Assembly (NCBI GenBank): GCA_039588295.1
Contig: JBDHAB010000063.1
Coordinates: forward strand, 1-21,435
Length of the DNA: 21,435 bases
Direction: 5' to 3'
Origin: Gemmatimonadota bacterium
Lineage (GTDB): Bacteria; Gemmatimonadota; Gemmatimonadetes; Gemmatimonadales; GWC2-71-9
Of this stretch, positions 7,820-15,990 are shown piece after piece (within the stretch, counting starts at the first letter, position 1; every line of letters begins with the position of its first letter). Both the position numbers and the translations under genes were made by a program. The notes beneath the pieces were generated by a model. The model was not told where the DNA came from. It did no database searches and saw only the letters and a list, made by a program, of their open reading frames with translations.

Positions 7820-9352
7820 CTAGCGCTCTCCTCCACCGGGCAACATACCGCGTGCCGTGCTGGTGACGTGTCCGGTGAGACGCTGGAGCAGTGACTCGAG
7901 GAGCTGACGCCGTCGCTTCCAGTGCGCACGCAGTGCAAACACGCCGCCGGTCACGACGATGGCCACTGCCGGCAGCATCGCCGTCACGCCCATTCGTGCG
8001 GCGGGTAGGGCGATCCCTGCAACCACGACCAAGCCCAAACTCACTCCGATGGCGATCGTCGCCGTCTGGTCCTCCGTGATCGTGATCTTCGTACTGCCAC
8101 TGCGGGGGCTCACCTGCACCCTCGTCATCCGGCCCGCGGATCGCGCCGCCTGGCCCGTTCCCGAGGTCCAGGCGAACACGCGCCCGTAGGCGGATTCGAT
8201 CTGCCCTGGGTCACCGAGACTTTCTTGCACGATCTCGAGCAGCACCGGAAACTCCGCCTCAGGCACTTCGCCCGGCACCGTTCGTCCCACCTGCATCCCG
8301 GCCGGAATCCCGAGAATGCGCGGCGTGCGCAAGACTGGTTGATCGAGCGCGCCCGCAGCGGCGGCCACGTGTCGCGACGGGATATCTACTTCGCCCGCGA
8401 TGCGTTTCACGCCGGTCAGCGAGAAGTCACCGCCTTGCGTGGGCTCCGTGGCTTCCAGCGACGCGGCCTTCCGCAGGATGTCCTTCGCCTCGGTCTCGCT
8501 GTATCGCCGCTTGGGTGGCCCAGGTGCAGTCAGCGCGCGGAACAGCTCGTTCGGTGTACGGAACCGCGCGTCCGGATCGATCGTCATCGCGCGCACGAGC
8601 GCGCGCTCCACAGACGACGGCAGTTCGGCCAGTCGGGCCCGGTGGACCGGTGGCGCCTTGAGGAACCGCCCCTGCTCCCGCTCGTCGTGCGAGATCCACC
8701 GCAGTGGTACGGCGCCCACCAACATCTCGTAGATCACACACGCCAGGCTGAAGATGTCACTCCGCTCGTTCACATCCTGGCCGCCCGCGGCCTGCTCCGG
8801 ACTCATGTAGCCCGGTGTGCCGAGCGCGAATCCGGTGCGAGTAAGCGGCTCGTCACTGGCCGTGGTGACCGCCTTGGCGATCCCGAAGTCGGTCACGAGT
8901 GCGTGGCCCTCGGAGAGCAACACGTTCTCGGGCTTGACGTCGCGATGCACCACGTGCTGCCGGTGCGCGTAGCTCAGTGCGTCCGCCACCTCTTCGGCGA
9001 TCGCGAGGGTGGTGGGGAAATCGAACGGCCCCTCGCGATTCATCCGCGCGCGGAGCGACTCCCCGACCACGAACGGCATGACGTAGTACAGGAGCTCGTC
9101 CGCGACGCCAGAGTCATGGAGCGGGAGGATGTGCGGGTGCTGGAGGTTGGCGGTGACGCGGATCTCATGCAGGAACCGGTCGGCGCCAAGCACCGCAGCC
9201 AGGTCGCCACGCAGGACCTTCACAGCGACCTTGCGGCTGTGCCTCACGTCGTGGGCGAGATAGACCGTGGCCATGCCGCCGCGACCCACCACGCTCTCGA
9301 TCCGGTAGTGGTCGGCCACGGCCGTGCTCAGGCGCTGCAGCTCATCGGTCAT
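7820..9352 (-). CDS. Hanks-type Ser/Thr protein kinase with C-terminal domain and two TM helices
   Basis: GRGGMATVY, VAVK, HRDVKPEN, DFG, GTPGYMSPE and SDIFS are all intact. Start taken at ATG 9352 (MTDELQRL). Hydrophobic pair IAIGVSLGLVVVAGIAL / MLPAVAIVVTGGVFAL followed by basic KRRR. Confidence 0.93.
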   Translation of the reverse strand: MTDELQRLSTAVADHYRIESVVGRGGMATVYLAHDVRHSRKVAVKVLRGDLAAVLGADRFLHEIRVTANLQHPHILPLHDSGVADELLYYVMPFVVGESLRARMNREGPFDFPTTLAIAEEVADALSYAHRQHVVHRDVKPENVLLSEGHALVTDFGIAKAVTTASDEPLTRTGFALGTPGYMSPEQAAGGQDVNERSDIFSLACVIYEMLVGAVPLRWISHDEREQGRFLKAPPVHRARLAELPSSVERALVRAMTIDPDARFRTPNELFRALTAPGPPKRRYSETEAKDILRKAASLEATEPTQGGDFSLTGVKRIAGEVDIPSRHVAAAAGALDQPVLRTPRILGIPAGMQVGRTVPGEVPEAEFPVLLEIVQESLGDPGQIESAYGRVFAWTSGTGQAARSAGRMTRVQVSPRSGSTKITITEDQTATIAIGVSLGLVVVAGIALPAARMGVTAMLPAVAIVVTGGVFALRAHWKRRRQLLESLLQRLTGHVTSTARGMLPGGGER

Positions 9353-9438
9353 AGGTGCCGAAAGATGGGTCCACACGGAGGACTTCGCGAGTGGGCCGGG
9401 ACCCGTAGTTGTCGCGGCGGTCCCTCAACCCGCCGACA

Positions 9439-9861
9439 TCACCCCGACCGCTGCACGATACGTCCGACCACACGCCGCGCGTACTCCTTGTCCCACGATG
9501 CAACGCTTCGTCGAGCGGAGACCTCGACCTGTGTCCCACCCTCCTTCGACTGCAGTTTGACCGTGACGTCGAGGTCGTCCACTTCCCCTTTGAACTCGCG
9601 CTCGGCCCCGCTCTGCTCGGTGCTCTCACCGGTCTGTCGGATGCCCAGCTCACGAAACGTCTCGCGCACGGCCGTCGCCGTCCGTTCGATGCCTGCGCTG
9701 ACCTGGGCCTCGGCGCCTTGCGACGTGACGTGAATGCCGGCGACCGCACCGGCGCCCGCCGCGGCGACCACACAGGCTTGAAGCGCCACGGCACCAACTC
9801 CACAACCAGCAGCCAACAATGCCACGCGGGCCATCCTGCTGCATGAACGCTTCGGGTCCAT
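9439..9861 (-). CDS. Small lipoprotein, DUF3568-like
   Basis: LQAC lipobox followed by Gly/Ala-rich VVAAAGAGAVAG. Alpha/beta body (VTVKLQSKEGGTQVEVSA...DKEYARRVVGRI). GGAG upstream of ATG 9861. Confidence 0.65.
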   Translation of the reverse strand: MDPKRSCSRMARVALLAAGCGVGAVALQACVVAAAGAGAVAGIHVTSQGAEAQVSAGIERTATAVRETFRELGIRQTGESTEQSGAEREFKGEVDDLDVTVKLQSKEGGTQVEVSARRSVASWDKEYARRVVGRIVQRSG

Positions 9862-10041
9862 GAGAACAGTCTCCGAGGAGAGGTGTGGTCAATGTAGTCC
9901 CGGCCCGCGAATCCGCCACACGTGGCGAGGGACCGACTCGCACAACCCTGTTCGCCGCACTCCGCCTCGCGGCTCACCGGCAAGCGGGTACCTTTGGCGT
10001 GACGCTGCAACGGTATCCAACGCCCAACTTCGAGCCGCCGA

Positions 10042-11343
10042 ATGCACAACCCGACATCAGCACTCGCCCTCTGGTTCGCTATCGCAAGCTCGGTAGGCTG
10101 CGCGCGTCCCGAGCCCCAAATCGAACGCGCCAGCGTGGAGCGGATCGTCACGACGCTCAGCACAGACGACATGTTGGGCCGCCGCGCGTTCACGCCGAGC
10201 GCAGATTCGGCCGCCGAGTTCATCCGTGCGGAATTCGAGTCGATCGGGCTCGAGACGTTCGACGGGCTGGCGGGCTATCTGCAACCGTTCCCGGTGTACG
10301 CGCTGACCGTCGAGAGCAGTCGCGTCTTCCTGAACGGGCGCGACGTGCCGGACGAGCGTCTTGCGATATCACTGGCCGCGGAGTCGATCCACTGGACGAC
10401 GGACGATGCCGTCCAAGTCGCCGTCGTCGGCCCGGATGACAACCTCATGCGGGCGTTCTCGGCGGCCCGCCGGAGCGACGCGAACACGATCGTTCTGATC
10501 GACCCGAGCCATGAGGGTTCTTTCGGCCGGCTCAGGGGCTTCATGTCCGGGCCGTCGCGGACGGTCGACATCGGGAGCGGGACCAGCATGGTGCTCGTGA
10601 TGACCGACGAGACCAGCGCAACCTCGTACGAGATCGACGTGACGGCCTCGGTCGAAGAACTCCCGCTGGCCAATGTCGTGGGCGTCATCCCGGGCAGGCG
10701 TCGTGATGAACTCGTGATCTTCTCCGGGCACCACGACCACATCGGGGTGCGTGTGCCGGTGGAGGGTGACTCCATCGCCAACGGCGCGAACGACAACGCC
10801 TCAGGGACCACCGCCGTGATCGAGCTGGCACGGTACTTCGAGGCCAAGGGCCGACCCGGGCGGACCTTGGTATTCGTGGCGTTCGCGGCGGAAGAGATGG
10901 GCGGCTTCGGCTCGCAGTATTTCGCGAGTCAGGTCGACCCCGATGAGATCGTCGCGATGTTCAACATCGAGATGATCGGCAAGGTGGCGGCGGAAGGCCC
11001 TAACGCCGCGTGGATTACCGGGTTCGACAGATCGGATTTCGGCGAGATCCTGCAGCAAGCCGCCGAAGGGACGGAGTACACGTTTCACCCCGACCCCTAC
11101 CCGGATTGGAACCTGTTCTTCCGATCCGATAACGCCACGTTTGCCCGCCTCGGTGTGCCGGCCCATTCGATCAGCACAACGCCGATCGACGTGGATGAGG
11201 ACTACCACCGGGTCTCGGACGAGGTCGAGACGCTGGATCTCGAGCACATGACGAGCATCATCCGGGCTATCGCCAGAGGCGCCGCCACGATCGTCTCGGG
11301 CTCGGCCACGCCCACCAGGATCGACCCGTCGCAGCTGAATTGA
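10042..11343 (+). CDS. M28 family zinc metallopeptidase (probable lipoprotein)
   Basis: GHHDHIG, NGANDNASG, FAAEEMG, NIEMIG, FFRSDN, DYHRVSD. N-terminal hydrophobic stretch ending VGC. Confidence 0.92.
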   Translation: MHNPTSALALWFAIASSVGCARPEPQIERASVERIVTTLSTDDMLGRRAFTPSADSAAEFIRAEFESIGLETFDGLAGYLQPFPVYALTVESSRVFLNGRDVPDERLAISLAAESIHWTTDDAVQVAVVGPDDNLMRAFSAARRSDANTIVLIDPSHEGSFGRLRGFMSGPSRTVDIGSGTSMVLVMTDETSATSYEIDVTASVEELPLANVVGVIPGRRRDELVIFSGHHDHIGVRVPVEGDSIANGANDNASGTTAVIELARYFEAKGRPGRTLVFVAFAAEEMGGFGSQYFASQVDPDEIVAMFNIEMIGKVAAEGPNAAWITGFDRSDFGEILQQAAEGTEYTFHPDPYPDWNLFFRSDNATFARLGVPAHSISTTPIDVDEDYHRVSDEVETLDLEHMTSIIRAIARGAATIVSGSATPTRIDPSQLN

Positions 11344-11378
11344 CGCGCCTCTGACTCGAGGCCCTACCGACCTCGCCG

Positions 11379-12923
11379 CTAGCGCTCCTTGAGTCTCGCC
11401 TCCAGCTCTCGGATCCGCCGCTCGCCGCCGACCCTCAGGCTTTCGAGGAACTGCTTGTCGGGACGCGGGTCGTTGGGGATGGCCGCCACCGACTTCCGGT
11501 AGTACCGGATGGCTCGCTCGATATCCCCCGCCGCGTCTCTCGTCATGAATCCTTCGGCCAGGCTGTCATAGGTATTGGCCGATCGGGGATGTTCTTTGAC
11601 GTTCAGCTCGAACAGCATGATCGCGTCGTCGAACCGGTCCGCGTTGAGCAGCGCGTAGCCCAGACTGTTGACCGCGTTCTCGCCCGGAGCCTCAGGATCG
11701 ATCGCGCGCAACTCCGGTAGCCGCGCGATCGCCGCCTCCGCACCATCCTCCAGCACAGCCGCCGTGAACTGCGCGGCCGGCGTGTCATACGGCTCATATC
11801 CGAGCCAGTCCATTGCGTGGAGCGCTCCACCGATGGTGCGCGACACGATCTCCCCGGCAATGCCGAGACCGTTGAAGCTGTTCGTGAGGTAGACCACCGC
11901 GATCTTCGGCTCCCTGTACGCGATCGCGAAGTTGCGGAAGATCCCGTAGTCACCCCATTGCCAGAACGCATCGCCGTTGCCATCCCGTTGTACCCCGAAA
12001 CCGAGGCTCCACGTATTGTGCTCGTCGATCTCGATCTCCGGTGTGAGCATCGAAGCAAGCACGTCGGGCTCCAATCCCTCACCGTTCAGCACCGCACCGA
12101 CAAACCGCGCGTAGTCCGCCGCAGTCGTGTACATCGACGCCGCTGCATGGGCTCTCCTGTACTTGCGGAACGGTTCGGGCGTCCCAAGCAGACCATGGCC
12201 GTGCGCAGCAGCGGCCTCGAAGTCGTCCCGCCAGATCACGGAACTATGCGTCATCCCCAAGGGATCGAGGACGTACTCGCGCGCGATCTGCTCCAAGGAC
12301 TTACCGGTCAGATGCTCTGCGGTCAGTTGCAGCAGGTAGTACCCGGCCGCCGAGTACTTGAACCGAGCGCCAGGCTCGAAGAAGAGCGGGTAGTGAGGAT
12401 CGATCGGCTCACCGTGCGGTAATCCAGACGAATGCGAGAGGACGTACCGCCCGGTCACACGCTCGAACCAGTCTCGGCGGAACCCAGCCATGTCGAGCGG
12501 ATGGGTGAGAAACGTCTCGACCTCGTCCTGGGGCAAGTACTTCACCAGTGGCGTGTCCAGGTTCAGCACGCCCTCTTCCACGAGGCGCATGACCGCATAG
12601 GCGAAGAGCGGTTTGGTGAGCGATGCCGCTTCAAACAGCGTCTCGGGCGAGACCGGTTCTCCGGTCTCGGTGCTCTTCACTCCAAAGGCTCCATCCCACA
12701 CCACTCGCCCGTGGTGGACAATCGCGATGGAGAGTCCGGGGATCCTCGCCTGCTGCATGAGATCGGGGATGCGCGCGTTGAGGTCCGCCACCAACGCCGA
12801 CGGCTCCCGGTCGACGAGCAAGCGGGGCGGCGGCGCTTCCTGCGCGGCGGAATCGGTGGCGGGGAGTGCGAGCACGAGACACGCAGGAAGGACGAATCGC
12901 GAGACGGTCGGGTACATACGCAT
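11379..12923 (-). CDS. Serine hydrolase, beta-lactamase/AmpC-like family, with C-terminal TPR
   Basis: ATG 12923 preceded by GAGGAG, signal peptide. SxxK motif AASLTK, LSHSSG, FEPGARFKYS. TPR region NSLGYALL...ANTYDSLAE. Confidence 0.9.
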   Translation of the reverse strand: MRMYPTVSRFVLPACLVLALPATDSAAQEAPPPRLLVDREPSALVADLNARIPDLMQQARIPGLSIAIVHHGRVVWDGAFGVKSTETGEPVSPETLFEAASLTKPLFAYAVMRLVEEGVLNLDTPLVKYLPQDEVETFLTHPLDMAGFRRDWFERVTGRYVLSHSSGLPHGEPIDPHYPLFFEPGARFKYSAAGYYLLQLTAEHLTGKSLEQIAREYVLDPLGMTHSSVIWRDDFEAAAAHGHGLLGTPEPFRKYRRAHAAASMYTTAADYARFVGAVLNGEGLEPDVLASMLTPEIEIDEHNTWSLGFGVQRDGNGDAFWQWGDYGIFRNFAIAYREPKIAVVYLTNSFNGLGIAGEIVSRTIGGALHAMDWLGYEPYDTPAAQFTAAVLEDGAEAAIARLPELRAIDPEAPGENAVNSLGYALLNADRFDDAIMLFELNVKEHPRSANTYDSLAEGFMTRDAAGDIERAIRYYRKSVAAIPNDPRPDKQFLESLRVGGERRIRELEARLKER

Positions 12924-13089
12924 GCCAACGCTCCTCAAAGGGTGTGGCCTCCGTTGCCTACGCTACGGACACACGCAACGTCCGGTTTCGACTCGACGGT
13001 CAGGACGATCCCGCTACCTTGGTACTAGAGATGACGAGGGGGCCGTAACGACCGACCTTCCCAATGACGGACTCTTGGCGGATGGCAGC

Positions 13090-13584
13090 GTGCCCGCTAC
13101 ACCGAGTGAGTTGTTCGACAGGCTCCGCGCGCTCGGCATCGGGGTCACCACCGTCCAGCACGCACCGGTCTTCACCGTGGAGGAGGCCAAGGCGGCGCGC
13201 GGCGACCTTCCCGGGACGCAAACCAAGAGCTTGTTTCTCCGCGACAAGAAGGGCAAGATGTGGCTCGCGGTGTTCCGGGAAGACCAGTCGGTCGATCTCA
13301 GGGATCTCGCCGCGCGGCTCGGTGCCAAGCGGCTCTCATTCGGGAGCGTCGAGCGCCTCATGAAGTACCTGGGCGTGACCCCCGGCACCGTGAGTCCGTT
13401 TGCCGCGATCAACGACACGGGACGAGTGGTGACCGTGGTGTTCGACCAGAGCGTGCTGCAACACGATCCGATCAACCTGCACCCGCTGGACAACGCACGA
13501 ACCACATCGATCGCCGGCGACCACCTGCTGCGGTTCCTCGAGGCGGAAGGGCATCCGGTGCAGGTCATCGATCCCGGCGCCTGA
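13090..13584 (+). CDS. proX: YbaK/ProX superfamily trans-editing aminoacyl-tRNA deacylase (ProXp-ala/PrdX type)
   Basis: HAPVFTVEE, KSLFLRDKK, RLSF, LGVTPGTVSPFA, HPLDNART. GTG 13090 gives MPATPSELFDRL, a typical N-terminus. The start is uncertain (in-frame TTG at 13075). Confidence 0.88.
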   Translation: MPATPSELFDRLRALGIGVTTVQHAPVFTVEEAKAARGDLPGTQTKSLFLRDKKGKMWLAVFREDQSVDLRDLAARLGAKRLSFGSVERLMKYLGVTPGTVSPFAAINDTGRVVTVVFDQSVLQHDPINLHPLDNARTTSIAGDHLLRFLEAEGHPVQVIDPGA

Positions 13585-13628
13585 ACCTCCGGCAACCGCC
13601 CACCGCTGCCGCCCCGATCCCCAACCGC

Positions 13629-13656
13629 TTGACAGGAATTCCCAAGGAGATAGATT
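13629..13656 (+). promoter_or_regulatory. Sigma70-type promoter of the ArsR-SRPBCC operon
   Basis: Perfect TTGACA at 13629-13634, 16-nt spacer, TAGATT at 13651-13656. Confidence 0.65.
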
Positions 13657-13677
13657 GGTAACCAGATGGTTACCAAT
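13654..13677. promoter_or_regulatory. Putative ArsR operator, perfect 11-2-11 inverted repeat
   Basis: ATTGGTAACCA-GA-TGGTTACCAAT overlaps the -10 element and the ATG. It resembles the 12-2-12 architecture of ArsR/SmtB operators. Confidence 0.85.
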
Positions 13678-13998
13678 TCTTCCCAGCTCAACCTGATCTT
13701 CGGCGCGCTGGCCGATGCCACGCGGCGGCGGATTCTCGCCCGCCTGGCGGAGGGGAGCGCCACCGTGGGTGAGCTCGCGCGCCCGTTCCCGGTATCCCGG
13801 CCCGCCATCTCCAAGCACCTGCGCGTGCTCGAGCAAGCCGGCCTGGTGCGGCGGGCCCGTGACGGGCGGATCAGCCGCTGCGGGCTCGATGCGGCGCCGC
13901 TCAAGGAGGCAGCTGACTGGGTCGAACGGTACCGCCAATACTGGGAGGGGCAGCTCGAGAGCTTGTCCCGTTACTTGGAGCGTAAGGAGAAGAAATGA
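13666..13998 (+). CDS. ArsR/SmtB family transcriptional regulator (SRPBCC-associated type)
   Basis: FGALADATRRRILARL, TVGELA, SRPAISKHLRVLEQAGLV, and C-terminal W..RYRQYWEGQLESL. Confidence 0.93.
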   Translation: MVTNSSQLNLIFGALADATRRRILARLAEGSATVGELARPFPVSRPAISKHLRVLEQAGLVRRARDGRISRCGLDAAPLKEAADWVERYRQYWEGQLESLSRYLERKEKK

Positions 13999-14432
13999 GC
14001 ACCGAAACCGGTACATCGCTGCGCCTCTCGCGCGTCCTCAACGCCGACCCCGACACGGTGTTCGGCGCCTGGACCGAGCCGGAACAGCTCAAACAGTGGT
14101 CCTGCCCCGAGGGTACCACGCTCGAGCGGGCCGAGGTCGACTTGAAGGTGGGTGGTCAATACCTGCTCGGGATGCGCGGCTCCGAGGGCCAACACCACAC
14201 CGCCGTCGGCACGTATCGGGAGATCGACCGGCCCAGCCGCCTGGTGTACACCTGGGCCTGGGAAGAGAAGGAGAATGACGTGGGCGAGACGCTGGTGACC
14301 GTTGAGTTCCACGACCTCGGGGGATCGACCGAGGTGGTGCTCACGCACGAGCGCTTCCCGAGCGCGGAGGCGAGCGAGAATCACACCCAGGGTTGGACGA
14401 GCTGCCTTAGTCGGTTGGAGGGGATGTTCTAG
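13995..14432 (+). CDS. SRPBCC / AHSA1-like (CalC-related) ligand-binding protein
   Basis: VFGAWTEPEQLKQW, DLKVGG.Y, G.Y.EIDRPSRLVYTW.W, GW...L..L. ATGA overlap with the ArsR stop suggests translational coupling. Confidence 0.92.
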   Translation: MSTETGTSLRLSRVLNADPDTVFGAWTEPEQLKQWSCPEGTTLERAEVDLKVGGQYLLGMRGSEGQHHTAVGTYREIDRPSRLVYTWAWEEKENDVGETLVTVEFHDLGGSTEVVLTHERFPSAEASENHTQGWTSCLSRLEGMF

Positions 14433-14457
14433 GGCGATCTGGGGCCCAACACGCTGG

Positions 14458-14501
14458 AACGCGGAGCACGTGAGCAATCCCGGCTCCGCGTTTCTTCCTT
14501 T
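14458..14501 (+). terminator. Intrinsic terminator after ArsR-SRPBCC, between convergent operons
   Basis: AACGCGGAGC (14458-14467) / GCTCCGCGTT (14483-14492) form a 10-bp stem, with an inner CGTGA-GCAA-TCCCG (GNRA loop). It runs into TTTCTTCCTTT. Confidence 0.75.
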
Positions 14502-14508
14502 CAGACGC

Positions 14509-15513
14509 TTAGAACACGCCCTCGCGCACCTGGCCCTTCGCGAGTCCTTGACGGAGCACCACGACCTTGTCGACCGTCACCGACTCGTTGTCCGGGAGCG
14601 GCACGTCACCTTTCTGTTTTCCCATGGCCGCCACGCTCTTGAGCTTCTCGAGGATCCCCGAGCCTTGGACGGCCTTGGCGTCGTCGGCGTAGTACGCGAA
14701 CCACGGGATGCCGGCCTTCCGGTACTCGCGCGCGGTGAGCGGTGTGGTGGGCGGGTGCTCGCCGGTGATCGCGCGCCAGGCGAGCGAGTTGGCGATGTGG
14801 ACAAAGCATCGCGACGCATGCGCGGTATCCCAGTCGGACAGCTTGAACGGATCCTCCAGGATCTCCTGCCGCATCCGCCCGCCGGCGGCGAGCCCCATGT
14901 CCGCACTCCGCGAGAGCGCGATGGCGCCGGTGGCGAACCCCTCGAACCCGAGGCTGCGGTAGCTGCGACTGCGAACCCGCTCCTCATACACCTCGCGCTT
15001 CATAGGGTACGCCACGATCTGAATGCCGCCATGTTCGGCCGCGCCCGTGATTTGCTCCTCGGCGCTGTAGCCACTGCCGAGCGGCATGGCCACGAATTGC
15101 CGGATCACCCCAGTCTCGACGCAATAGCCGTCGAGCCACGGCTGCTGTGGAACCGTGACGTAGTCTTGCGGCCTCAGGTGGAGGCCGTTGGACCAGTCCT
15201 TCCCCGTCACGGCGTTGATCTTTCCGGCCGCGATCTTCAAGGCGAACGGATACATGCCCGAAAAGTTGAGCCACAACGCCTCCGACTGGTACATCGGGAG
15301 CATCACACCGCCGTGCTCGATCCACCGCTCGGGCACGCGCCGCGCGAAATCGTCGACATGCCTGAGCGGAAACCGGCCGAGTCCCGCTGGGAGCGGGTAG
15401 TCCTGGTCGTCGTCCGGAATGCGGAGCGTGCGTTGGAAATCGACCTGCATGACCGCATCCTCGTGCGCGTTGTGGACGCGGATGATCAGCTGGTCTCGTT
15501 TGAGTTCGATCAT
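14509..15513 (-). CDS. Conserved protein of unknown function (334 aa, soluble, Trp/Gly/Pro-rich motifs)
   Basis: AGGAGG upstream of ATG 15513 and strong coding bias. Motifs DFQRTLRIPDD, LPAGLGRFPL, PMYQSEALW, QDYV..P.QPWLDG, IRQFVAMPLG.GY, MGLAAGG, GIPWF.YY. No signal peptide or clear TM helix. Confidence 0.85.
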   Translation of the reverse strand: MIELKRDQLIIRVHNAHEDAVMQVDFQRTLRIPDDDQDYPLPAGLGRFPLRHVDDFARRVPERWIEHGGVMLPMYQSEALWLNFSGMYPFALKIAAGKINAVTGKDWSNGLHLRPQDYVTVPQQPWLDGYCVETGVIRQFVAMPLGSGYSAEEQITGAAEHGGIQIVAYPMKREVYEERVRSRSYRSLGFEGFATGAIALSRSADMGLAAGGRMRQEILEDPFKLSDWDTAHASRCFVHIANSLAWRAITGEHPPTTPLTAREYRKAGIPWFAYYADDAKAVQGSGILEKLKSVAAMGKQKGDVPLPDNESVTVDKVVVLRQGLAKGQVREGVF

Positions 15514-15552
15514 GGTGCACCTCCTGAGAGCGACGCGCTGGTCGCTCGCCTG

Positions 15553-15909
15553 CTACCAGTTTCCGTCCCGGACCTCGCGCACGAGGCGAAGCACCGCGTG
15601 GTCCGGCATGTCCTTGATCTCGCGAATCAGCCCCGCGAACAGCTCCGGCCGCTTACGGATCACTTCCTGGAGATCTGACGAGACCTTGCCAGCCAGCGCT
15701 AGGAGCACATCCGGATCTTCGCCCAACTCCTTGGCCAGCGCCACGATCTTGGCCTCGGACGGCGGCGGCACCTCACCTCGCTCGACCTTGCTCAGGAACG
15801 ACGGCTCCACACCAATCCGCTGGGCAACCTGACGCACGGAAAACGTTCTGTCGCTTGCTCTTAGCCGCTCGCGGCGACCCCGCACGTAGCTCCCGAAGAC
15901 GTCAGTCAT
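15553..15909 (-). CDS. XRE/HTH_3 family transcriptional regulator
   Basis: FGSYVR..R, SVRQVAQRIGVEPSFLSKVERG, PPSE..I..LA..L. Lies 39 nt upstream of the 334-aa gene on the same strand. Confidence 0.9.
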   Translation of the reverse strand: MTDVFGSYVRGRRERLRASDRTFSVRQVAQRIGVEPSFLSKVERGEVPPPSEAKIVALAKELGEDPDVLLALAGKVSSDLQEVIRKRPELFAGLIREIKDMPDHAVLRLVREVRDGNW

Positions 15910-15915
15910 TACGCA

Positions 15916-15934
15916 TACTATGTACTACATAGTA
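15916..15934. promoter_or_regulatory. Putative XRE operator, perfect 9-1-9 inverted repeat
   Basis: TACTATGTA-C-TACATAGTA, an AT-rich patch 6 nt upstream of the XRE ATG. Minus-strand TTGACC at 15942-15947 and TAGTAT at 15915-15920. Confidence 0.8.
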
Positions 15935-15990
15935 CACGATCGGTCAAGTCCCTAGGTGTAGGGAGTGAGGTTCTCTGGTTCAATGGGATC

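Noticed and set aside
11344..11378. GCCTC-TGACTC-GAGGC hairpin between convergent genes
   Set aside because: Only 5 bp with no U-tract, too weak to call a terminator.
12613..13089. Long N-terminal extension of ProX, or a G5-run frameshift linking ATG 13031 to it
   Set aside because: The extension overlaps the serine hydrolase on the opposite strand. GTG 13090 gives a family-typical N-terminus, so no frameshift is needed.
14433..15990. XRE cassette as a prophage or mobile element remnant
   Set aside because: No integrase, transposase, terminal repeats or target-site duplication could be seen.
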